The notes under the pieces were generated by a model that had not been told where the DNA came from, ran no database searches, and saw nothing but the letters and a program-made list of their open reading frames with translations. From the IMG/VR virus record IMGVR_UViG_3300024346_001088: a stretch of DNA of 14,577 nucleotides; one strand, given 5' to 3'. The stretch comes from a virus. Within the stretch, counting starts at the first letter, position 1; each line of letters opens with the position of its first letter. Shown piece by piece: positions 1 through 6,726 of the stretch. The position numbers and the translations under genes were made by a program.

Positions 1-24
1 ATATGCAAACGAAATGCCCCCGAA
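1..24. repeat. Terminal direct repeat, copy 1 (identical to 14554-14577); signature of circular closure or terminal redundancy
   Basis: ATATGCAAACGAAATGCCCCCGAA occurs at 1-24 and again at 14554-14577 (checked base by base). Implied unit length is 14,553 bp. Confidence 0.9.
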
Positions 25-1468
25 CCCCATCCATCATTTTGTCGCCACCAGCCAAGATCAGCCTGAACCAGCGCCAACTGGCCATGACCAGCCGAGACTG
101 GAAACGATCATCCCAGATCATGCCGGCTCACTAGCTGGGCTTGTGGGGGACATGGCTAAGAAGGTGCTGCAGATTGATTTGATGCCTTGGCAAATACATG
201 CTCTTGAAGGGATGCTGGCGGTTGACGCTGATAACAAGTTTGTGCATCGCTCAAGCCTTGTTTCGGTCGCGCGTCAGAACGGTAAGACAACAATCATCCA
301 AGCGCTCATTCTGTTTTGGCTTGTGGAGATGCCCAAGATTCGAGGCGGTAAACAGACCGTCGTATCGGGCGCGCACCGATTGGATTTGGCGTGCTTGTTG
401 TTTGATGATTTGGCACCAATTCTTGAGGAGTACTACGGCGCAAAGATCGTCAAGTCGTACGGCCGTTATCAAGCGACAATGCCAGACGGCAGCAAGTGGT
501 GGGTCAAAGCTTTAAAGCCAAACCAAGGTCACGGCATGAGCATTGACCTAGTGATTGTTGACGAGTTGTTTGACGTCAACCCCGACTCGGTTGAAGGCGG
601 TTTGCTACCGGCACAGCGCGCACGAAAAAATCCGTTGGCGTGTTTCTTCTCTACCGCTGGCACGGAAGAATCGGTGCTGTTTCAGCGTTGGCGTGAGGCA
701 GGTATTCGAGCCATTGACAAAGGCGAACCGTCAACGATGTACATGGCCGAATGGTCGCCTGACCCGAGCCTTGACCCTTTGCATCCTGCGTCATGGGCGT
801 GGGGTAACCCTGCGCTTGGTCACACGTTGGACATGGACACCATTAGGCAAGAGTCAACGAACCCTGATCGCGCGTCGTTCTTGCGCGCATCCCTCAACCT
901 TTGGGTGAGTGTTGTTCGCGGTTGGATTGAGCCAGGGCGTTGGCCGTCCTTGGAATACACAGGGGACATCCCTAGCGGTGGCGTCGTGGCGATCGAGTCT
1001 TCGCTGGACGATTCCCGATATAGCGCGACTAGATGCGTTAACTTGTCGGACGGTCGGGTGCTTGTCACCGTCGCATTCATTGCCGAGTCAATCACAGAGC
1101 TGTGGGACAACGTGCAAGAACTCGCCAAAGACCCGACAATCAAATTTGCGTTGTCGCCGACCGTGGACGCAACCTGCCCACCAAACATTGAGCGCCGCCG
1201 AGTTGTCGTTGGTTATGCAGAACTTGGACGGTTTACACCGCTCGCCAAAAACATGATTGCCGAAGCGCGATTGTTACACACGGGAGAAAAACTGTTAGCC
1301 GAACATGTTCAGCGCGCGGTTGCGGTACGCACGGATAACACCATAGTTTTGTCCAGTAAACGGAGTCCAGGGCCTATTGAATTAGCGCGAACAATGGTCT
1401 GGGGAATTGGCATGTGTGCTCGTCCAATTAGCAGCGGAAAACCCATGCTTGTCTCGGTAAATAACTAA
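14..1468 (+). CDS. terL: Terminase large subunit (HK97/lambda-type ATPase-nuclease)
   Basis: 484-codon ORF with Walker A-like VARQNGKTT and Walker B-like DLVIVDELF, an LMPWQ..ALEGML N-terminal motif, and the portal gene directly downstream. ATG 14 has no SD and is in frame with the upstream HNH ORF once the ends are joined. An alternative internal start at ATG 152 (MAKKVLQ) follows GGGGGA at 145-150. Confidence 0.85.
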   Translation: MPPNPIHHFVATSQDQPEPAPTGHDQPRLETIIPDHAGSLAGLVGDMAKKVLQIDLMPWQIHALEGMLAVDADNKFVHRSSLVSVARQNGKTTIIQALILFWLVEMPKIRGGKQTVVSGAHRLDLACLLFDDLAPILEEYYGAKIVKSYGRYQATMPDGSKWWVKALKPNQGHGMSIDLVIVDELFDVNPDSVEGGLLPAQRARKNPLACFFSTAGTEESVLFQRWREAGIRAIDKGEPSTMYMAEWSPDPSLDPLHPASWAWGNPALGHTLDMDTIRQESTNPDRASFLRASLNLWVSVVRGWIEPGRWPSLEYTGDIPSGGVVAIESSLDDSRYSATRCVNLSDGRVLVTVAFIAESITELWDNVQELAKDPTIKFALSPTVDATCPPNIERRRVVVGYAELGRFTPLAKNMIAEARLLHTGEKLLAEHVQRAVAVRTDNTIVLSSKRSPGPIELARTMVWGIGMCARPISSGKPMLVSVNN

Positions 1469-1527
1469 GATGAGCGCGGCGACCGCACGTTCTTGCCTTT
1501 TGTCGGAATCGGATAAGTCTCGTGCGG

Positions 1528-1545
1528 TTGCCACTTATATGGCAA
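1528..1545 (+). promoter_or_regulatory. Inverted repeat TTGCCA-cttata-TGGCAA just upstream of the portal SD
   Basis: Perfect 6-bp arms. An additional 8-bp long-range complement pairs ACCGCACG (1482-1489) with CGTGCGGT (1521-1528) in the 86-nt terminase-portal spacer. Confidence 0.3.
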
Positions 1546-1554
1546 AGTAGGAAC

Positions 1555-2679
1555 ATGGCTTTATTCGGCAAACCAAAAACATCAGCAATTAGCGTCCCTG
1601 CAAAGGTGACAGCTGCGACTGGTTTTGCTCCTGGCTATTCGTCGTCAAATGTTGGCGTCAACATGATTGGCCAGTACTACACCTACCGCGAAGGTGAAGC
1701 GCGCAACCAAGCAATCAGCGTCCCAACAATTAACCGCGCGCGCGACCTTATGGCGTCAGTCATTGGCTCGATGCCATTGCGAATGTACAACGAAGTTTGG
1801 GATGCCAACGAAGAAGAAATGACAAAGGTTTATATTGAGCCACGTTCTTGGATTCGCAGACCAGACCCAAATGTAAGTTTTCAGTTTCTTATGTCATGGA
1901 CGCTGGACGATCTGATGATGTTCGGTCGGGCTTTCTGGTACATCACGGAGAGGTATGCTTCGGGCCATCCCGCTGCGTTTACTCGACTGCCTGCAGGCTC
2001 AATTACAACCACCGACATGGCTGGCCCCGTTTGGTTTGCTCCATCAAAGCAAGTGTATTTTCAAGGCGGAGAAATTGACCCAACAAACCTTGTGCAATTC
2101 TTGTCGCCCGCACAAGGTCTAATCTATTCTGCACCTGGCGCAATTGAAACCGCACTCAAATTAGAAGCTGCGCGCAATCGCAACGCATCGTCAAGCATTC
2201 CTGCCGGCATCTTGCGTCAGACCGAAAACTCAGAGCCCCTGGATGCACAAAGTCTCAGCGATTTGGCAGCCCAGTTCAATGCGGCGCGTGCCTCGAATCA
2301 AACTGCTGCTTTGAATCAGTACTTGACTTACACAGAAACAAACGCAACGCCTGACAAAATGTTGCTCATTGAAGCATCGCAATATCAATCTTTGGAAATG
2401 GCGCGCATTGCGAACGTGCCACCGTATTTGGTCGGCGTTGCTACTGGCGCTTACTCATACCAATCGTCGCAACAGGCGCGCGCAGACCTTTACTTGTTTG
2501 GCGTGAAGTTGTATGCCGATGCAATTGCTGGCGCTTTGTCAATGGACAACGTGCTACCGCGCGGTACATATGTCGAGTTTGATGCTGACGAATACCTAGA
2601 AGAAAACTTCATGGCCGACAGCATGGACGACCGAGAAACAGTTATAGAAGAAAACACACAAGAGGAGATTGCATCATGA
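1555..2679 (+). CDS. Portal protein (HK97 family)
   Basis: Sits between the terminase and the protease-capsid gene. Portal-like motifs: MPLRMYNE, RPDPNVSFQFLMSWTLDDLMMFGRAFWYI, LEMARIANVPPYLVG. ATG 1555 is preferred to the ORF-track GTG 1522 because AGTAGGA (1546-1552) lies just upstream. Confidence 0.8.
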   Translation: MALFGKPKTSAISVPAKVTAATGFAPGYSSSNVGVNMIGQYYTYREGEARNQAISVPTINRARDLMASVIGSMPLRMYNEVWDANEEEMTKVYIEPRSWIRRPDPNVSFQFLMSWTLDDLMMFGRAFWYITERYASGHPAAFTRLPAGSITTTDMAGPVWFAPSKQVYFQGGEIDPTNLVQFLSPAQGLIYSAPGAIETALKLEAARNRNASSSIPAGILRQTENSEPLDAQSLSDLAAQFNAARASNQTAALNQYLTYTETNATPDKMLLIEASQYQSLEMARIANVPPYLVGVATGAYSYQSSQQARADLYLFGVKLYADAIAGALSMDNVLPRGTYVEFDADEYLEENFMADSMDDRETVIEENTQEEIAS

Positions 2680-4271
2680 TCAAATTGATTGCAGGAGAAT
2701 TCACACTTGACGCCGCCAAAGGCGACGCACCACGACGCACGATCAGCGGAACCGCAGTTCCCTACAACGTGCCGGCAACAGTTTCGGACGGCACAGCTGT
2801 GATCTTCCGTCCAGGCTCATTGCCAATCGAGGGCAAAGCACCACGCCTGTTTATGTACCACGACGCAAGCATGCCAGTTGGTGTTGTGACCGAGCGCGTA
2901 GATACCGAACAGGGAATGATGTTTAGCGCCAAGATCAGCGCAACCAGCCTTGGCAACGACGCTTTGGTTATGGCTCAAGACGGCACAATTGATCAAGTTT
3001 CGGTTGGCGTAAATCCCGTCAAGTTCTCATACGACGAAGCAGGAACCATGATTATCGAAGCAGCGGATTGGACAGAGTTGTCACTCGTTCCGATCGGCGC
3101 ATTCGGTGACATGGCCAACATTGCCAGCGTCGCAGCGAGTATCCACCAAGAGCCAGAACAAGTAGTGTTAAATGAAGAAGTAGTCCCAGAACAGGAGATA
3201 GAACCCATGTCAGAAGTAACCGCACCAGCAGTTGAGGCAACAATCCCAACCGCGCCAATTTTTGCACAGGCTAAAAAAGAGTTTGTATTGCCAAGCGCTG
3301 GCGAATACATGGCCGCTTACCACATCGGTGGCGACACGTTCTCAAACATCAACAAGGCTGTTGCTGAATACACAGCATCAAAGAAGACCGCATTGCAGGC
3401 AGCTGCAGGTGACGTGCTTACCACCGATACACCTGGTCTTTTGCCAGTTCCAGTTCTTGGGCCATTGGTTCAAGACCTCAATTTCATTCGTCCAGTAGTC
3501 GAAGCATTGGGCGCACGCGCTTATCCAGACGGTGGTGCATCAAAGACGTTCATCCGTCCAACGATTACCACGCACACCAGCGTTGGTACGCAGTCGAGCG
3601 AATTGTCAGCTGCATCTGCAACAACCATGGTCATTGCTTCAAACTCAATCAGCAAGACCACGCTTGCCGGTCAAGTAACCCTGTCTGTACAGGACATTGA
3701 CTTCACCTCACCTGCAGCAATGCAGTTGATTTTGAACGACCTCATGGGCGAATACATGATTGCATCAGACAACTTCGCAGCAGACAACTTGCTTACCGCA
3801 GCAACATCGTCTGGCGTATGGGACTTGACCGTTGCAGACTTGCTCAAGTCGGTTTACGACTCCGCAGTTGACATCAGCAATGGTCGCAACTTCACACCAA
3901 CCCACATGTTCGTCAGCCCAGACGTATGGGGACAACTTGGACAGCTCGCAGACACAACTGGCCGTCCAGTATTCCCATTCATCGGCGCAGGCCTCACCGG
4001 TCAGAACGCACTCGGTGGTGGAAACGCAACATCATGGAACGGCAACCCGCTCGGTCTGCAATTAGTAGTTGACAGCAACTTCGCAGCCAAGACCATGATC
4101 ATCACCCGCGTAGGTCAAGGTTCAGGCGACGCATTCGAGTTCTACGAATCAATCCGTGGCTTGATGAGCGTTGAAGTACCTGCAACCCTTGGTCGCACAA
4201 TGTCATTCCACGGATACGTCAGCACCTTTGCTGCAATCGGTGGCATGATCCGCAAGATCACCCAGGCTTAG
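2676..4271 (+). CDS. Prohead (capsid maturation) protease fused to HK97-fold major capsid protein
   Basis: The N-terminal ~155 aa resemble the HK97 prohead protease family (S78/U35): ISGTAVPYN, MYHDASMPVG, DQVSVG. An acidic/Pro-rich linker follows. The C-terminal ~350 aa look like an HK97-type capsid protein (GLLPVPVLGPLV, SKTTLAGQVTLSVQDID, GNPLGLQLVVDSN). SD GAGGAG at 2662-2667; ATGA overlap with the portal stop. Confidence 0.8.
   Translation: MIKLIAGEFTLDAAKGDAPRRTISGTAVPYNVPATVSDGTAVIFRPGSLPIEGKAPRLFMYHDASMPVGVVTERVDTEQGMMFSAKISATSLGNDALVMAQDGTIDQVSVGVNPVKFSYDEAGTMIIEAADWTELSLVPIGAFGDMANIASVAASIHQEPEQVVLNEEVVPEQEIEPMSEVTAPAVEATIPTAPIFAQAKKEFVLPSAGEYMAAYHIGGDTFSNINKAVAEYTASKKTALQAAAGDVLTTDTPGLLPVPVLGPLVQDLNFIRPVVEALGARAYPDGGASKTFIRPTITTHTSVGTQSSELSAASATTMVIASNSISKTTLAGQVTLSVQDIDFTSPAAMQLILNDLMGEYMIASDNFAADNLLTAATSSGVWDLTVADLLKSVYDSAVDISNGRNFTPTHMFVSPDVWGQLGQLADTTGRPVFPFIGAGLTGQNALGGGNATSWNGNPLGLQLVVDSNFAAKTMIITRVGQGSGDAFEFYESIRGLMSVEVPATLGRTMSFHGYVSTFAAIGGMIRKITQA
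3207..4271 (+). CDS. Possible nested in-frame product: major capsid protein without the protease domain (354 aa)
   Basis: In-frame ATG at 3207 (codon 178 of the fusion) is preceded by AGGAG at 3193-3197 with a 9-nt spacer. It lies exactly at the protease/linker boundary. Confidence 0.4.
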   Translation: MSEVTAPAVEATIPTAPIFAQAKKEFVLPSAGEYMAAYHIGGDTFSNINKAVAEYTASKKTALQAAAGDVLTTDTPGLLPVPVLGPLVQDLNFIRPVVEALGARAYPDGGASKTFIRPTITTHTSVGTQSSELSAASATTMVIASNSISKTTLAGQVTLSVQDIDFTSPAAMQLILNDLMGEYMIASDNFAADNLLTAATSSGVWDLTVADLLKSVYDSAVDISNGRNFTPTHMFVSPDVWGQLGQLADTTGRPVFPFIGAGLTGQNALGGGNATSWNGNPLGLQLVVDSNFAAKTMIITRVGQGSGDAFEFYESIRGLMSVEVPATLGRTMSFHGYVSTFAAIGGMIRKITQA

Positions 4272-4277
4272 TAGAAA

Positions 4278-4292
4278 GGCGGCTTAACCGCC
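4278..4292 (+). promoter_or_regulatory. Small GC hairpin (GGCGG-CTTAA-CCGCC) abutting the start codon of the next gene
   Basis: 5-bp stem and 5-nt loop between the capsid stop (4269-4271) and ATG 4293. The 5' arm overlaps the only purine-rich SD-like element (GAAAGG, 4274-4279). Confidence 0.3.
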
Positions 4293-4925
4293 ATGGCTAC
4301 TTACACAGTTACTAACAAGTACCTGATTGACAACTTTGCCGTACTGCAACTCTTGACCCCCAGCGAGATTGCAGTCGGCAGTTCAATCACGGTCGCTGGA
4401 GTTGACGCAACATTCAACGGCACATACACCGTGCGCGCATTGCCACAGTATTTGTTTATTGGCATTGATACCGAAGGCGATCTGCTTTACGACTATCAGG
4501 TGCCAATCGCCGATCAGGTGCTCTACGCCAAGACCGCAAGCGATGTTGAGCGTGTCGCCGCGTCTGGCACCGTTGCCTATGATCCTGTTTGCACATGGGT
4601 GACGGCCGCGCAAGTCATGTCTTACCTTGGCATCACCATTGCCAACCCGTCAGACGATTACACATTGCTTACGCAGTCGGTATCGGCTGGCAACCAGTTT
4701 TGTTATCGCAGAAGGCAGGAGTCCTCGTATATCGACTCCCTAACGACCTCACCAGGCGGTGACGTCACATTGGGCACCCTGATGTATTGCGCCGCTCTAT
4801 GGCGCTCTAGGGGCTCAATAGAGGCAACGTACGCCACGTTTGACGGCATGGGCTCGGCACCACAGCAAAGCCTTACCCCGATCGTCAAGCAGCTGCTTGG
4901 CATCCCACGTCCAGCGGTTGCCTAA
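4293..4925 (+). CDS. Head-tail adaptor/connector (gp6-like C-terminal half) with an extra ~100-aa N-terminal domain
   Basis: First gene after the capsid gene. The C-terminal half (AAQVMSYLGITIANPSDDYTLLTQSVSAGNQFCYRR) resembles the gp6-like head-tail connector pattern. The N-terminal beta-rich part (ITVAGVDATFNGTYTV) has no assignment. Confidence 0.5.
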   Translation: MATYTVTNKYLIDNFAVLQLLTPSEIAVGSSITVAGVDATFNGTYTVRALPQYLFIGIDTEGDLLYDYQVPIADQVLYAKTASDVERVAASGTVAYDPVCTWVTAAQVMSYLGITIANPSDDYTLLTQSVSAGNQFCYRRRQESSYIDSLTTSPGGDVTLGTLMYCAALWRSRGSIEATYATFDGMGSAPQQSLTPIVKQLLGIPRPAVA

Positions 4926-5287
4926 TGTCGTACACCGACCTGTTCAACGAAGCGATTGATGACGTCACCGCGACGCTAACCGCTGTATCTGGGCTCCGTG
5001 TAATAAATGATGCAACCAAACTTGTCCCTAACTCGGTCTATTTAGACGCGCCGAACTTCACCACGTTTGCTGGCAACGGCAACATTGTGCGCCTTGAGTT
5101 CCCGATTAAGGTCATTGGCTCTGGTCCTGCAGGTCTGCCGGTGCTCCGCTCAATCTTGAGCATTGTTGCAAGTGTGCTTAATTCGCCGATCATTGTTATG
5201 GCTGGCCGTCCGTCAAGCCTTGAGATTGGTGGCGCGTTGTATCCGTGTTATGACCTTGATTGCGCTATCCAAGCCCAGACCGCATAA
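4925..5287 (+). CDS. Neck or tail-terminator-like virion protein (assigned by position)
   Basis: 120 aa with a TAATG overlap to the upstream gene. It lies between the adaptor and the major tail protein, and its size and pattern loosely fit tail terminator/head-tail joining proteins. Confidence 0.4.
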   Translation: MSYTDLFNEAIDDVTATLTAVSGLRVINDATKLVPNSVYLDAPNFTTFAGNGNIVRLEFPIKVIGSGPAGLPVLRSILSIVASVLNSPIIVMAGRPSSLEIGGALYPCYDLDCAIQAQTA

Positions 5288-5343
5288 TCCACTACTACCG
5301 AATATAAATCATCTACTATCAGATCAGAACTTAAGGAGCAAAC

Positions 5344-5772
5344 ATGCCAGCATCAACTTACCTCTCGAATCCAACCGTTAAAGTCGGCGCCGCAATCGGC
5401 TCCATTGTTGACATCACCGACCAGGTGAGCGCGGCAACATTGACCGTGACTGCAGAAGCACTCGAAGACACCGCATTCGGTCAGACTTCGCGCACCATGA
5501 CTGCTGGCCTGTTCAGCAACTCATTGACCTTGACGGTCTATGCCAGTTATGCAGCCAGCGAGTCCTACGCGGTTTTGTCACCACTCCTAGGCACAAAGTG
5601 CACAATCAAAGTAAACCCAACCAGCGCAGCAGACAGCGCAACTAACCCTGGCTTTATTTTGACCGACACCTACTTGGCCAGCATTCCAGTTGTAAACACG
5701 TCGCTTGGCGAGTTGAGCACCTATGAAATTGAGTTTCAGGGTGGCGTGTACAGCGTAGATACAACCGCATAA
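5344..5772 (+). CDS. Major tail (tube) protein
   Basis: 142 aa with a strong SD (AAGGAG, 5333-5338) after an AT-rich spacer. It lies directly upstream of the chaperone/frameshift gene pair. Beta-rich Thr/Ser/Ala composition with an EDTAFGQTSR motif typical of siphovirus tube proteins. Confidence 0.65.
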   Translation: MPASTYLSNPTVKVGAAIGSIVDITDQVSAATLTVTAEALEDTAFGQTSRTMTAGLFSNSLTLTVYASYAASESYAVLSPLLGTKCTIKVNPTSAADSATNPGFILTDTYLASIPVVNTSLGELSTYEIEFQGGVYSVDTTA

Positions 5773-5802
5773 TCAACGGCTCCAAGCCGACATAGGAGAC
5801 AC

Positions 5803-6102
5803 ATGAAGATCAAGTTGCAGTTAAAGCGCACCCCCGACAGCGCACCAGAGTTCTATTACACAAACCTGTTTGTGGTCACGGAATGGGAACGACTTGAACG
5901 TCGCAACGTTCAACAGCTTTCCGCAAACCCGTTGTATTCGGATTACGCCTGCTGGATGCACACAATCTTAAAGATTAAAGGCGAACAAGTCGGTGACAAC
6001 TGGCGCGAATGGCTAAGCAAAAACCCTGACATCGACATCTTGCCGGTACTGGACGAGACAGACCCAAACCCTACGGACGCGGCACCTACCGCCGCCAACT
6101 AG
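5803..6102 (+). CDS. Tail assembly chaperone (gpG-like, zero-frame product)
   Basis: 99 aa and acidic. SD AGGAG at 5794-5798. It lies downstream of the tail tube gene and contains the slippery heptamer near its 3' end. Confidence 0.6.
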   Translation: MKIKLQLKRTPDSAPEFYYTNLFVVTEWERLERRNVQQLSANPLYSDYACWMHTILKIKGEQVGDNWREWLSKNPDIDILPVLDETDPNPTDAAPTAAN

Positions 6103-6212
6103 CAGAGGTACTGGTCGCGGTCGGTTGGTGGCCTAGCGACATTGCGTTTGACTCACGAGACTTGATAACGGTCATTAAAGTGCTTAACGAGGCAAACAAA
6201 AAACGGAGATAA
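5803..6212 (+). CDS. Tail assembly chaperone, -1 frameshift product (gpGT-like, ~136 aa)
   Basis: The -1 frame is open from 6030 to TAA 6210-6212. After slipping at 6063-6069 it encodes PYGRGTYRRQLAEVLVAVGWWPSDIAFDSRDLITVIKVLNEANKKRR. It ends 1 nt before the next gene start (GTG 6214). Confidence 0.5.
6063..6069 (+). promoter_or_regulatory. Canonical -1 programmed frameshift heptamer C_CCA_AAC (X_XXY_YYZ)
   Basis: Zero-frame codons are gaC CCA AAC. The heptamer is in the correct phase, 33 nt before the zero-frame stop, with an open -1 frame downstream. Confidence 0.5.
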
Positions 6213-6213
6213 C

Positions 6214-6726
6214 GTGGCGGAAGTATCAGCAAAGATTGAGGTCGTCGGGCTGAAAGAAGCCTTGAAGACGCTCAACAAAATTGACAAATCTTTGCGCCGT
6301 GAAATCACCAAAGATTACAAGAAGATCGTTCAGCCTGTTATTGACGACGCTAACAAACTTGTGCCCTCGAATGTCCCGCTATCTGGTATGGCCCGCAATT
6401 GGAGTACTCGATCAGGGTTCAAAATGTTGCCGTGGATACCAGGCATGAAACAGAAGATTGCTGCCAAAATCAACACGCGAAACATCAAGGAATACGGCGG
6501 AAACAAGTCAAATGTTGGCACGTTTGTTATTCAATGGCAGGGCGCTACTGGCACCATGTTTGACACGTCAATGGCAGGCTCGCTTGGGCGCGCGTTGACT
6601 TCCCGTTATGGCAGTCGTTCGCGAGTAATGTGGAAAGCGTACGAGCAACGCCAAAACGATGTCATGTCCGAAATGGAGCAGTTGGTGAAGCGCGTCATGA
6701 GCGAAGCGAATAGAGAGACTGCATAA
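6214..6726 (+). CDS. HK97 gp10-like (tail completion/neck) protein, in an unusual position between chaperone and tape measure
   Basis: 170 aa. GTG start with GGAGA at 6205-6209. The N-terminus (AKIEVVGLKEALKTLNKIDKSLRREITKDYKKIVQPVIDDANKLVP) matches the characteristic HK97 gp10-family opening pattern. Confidence 0.4.
   Translation: MAEVSAKIEVVGLKEALKTLNKIDKSLRREITKDYKKIVQPVIDDANKLVPSNVPLSGMARNWSTRSGFKMLPWIPGMKQKIAAKINTRNIKEYGGNKSNVGTFVIQWQGATGTMFDTSMAGSLGRALTSRYGSRSRVMWKAYEQRQNDVMSEMEQLVKRVMSEANRETA

Noticed and set aside
198-1256. Alternative-frame ORFs (105-122 aa, both strands) inside the terminase gene
   Set aside because: They are nested within an ORF carrying Walker A/B motifs, have no SD, and their products are Arg/Cys/Trp-rich frame-shadow sequences.
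5288-5343. AT-rich spacer with TATAAA (5303-5308) flanked by CTACTA repeats, considered as a late promoter upstream of the major tail gene
   Set aside because: There is no acceptable -35 element at the proper spacing. It may simply be an unstructured leader that enhances translation from the strong AAGGAG SD. There is not enough evidence to call it a feature.
6019-6029. A-run (AGC AAA AAC) as an alternative -1 slippery site in the chaperone gene
   Set aside because: It is not a canonical X_XXY_YYZ heptamer in phase, because the X position is C. A -1 shift here also meets TGA at 6027-6029 immediately, so no extended product would result.
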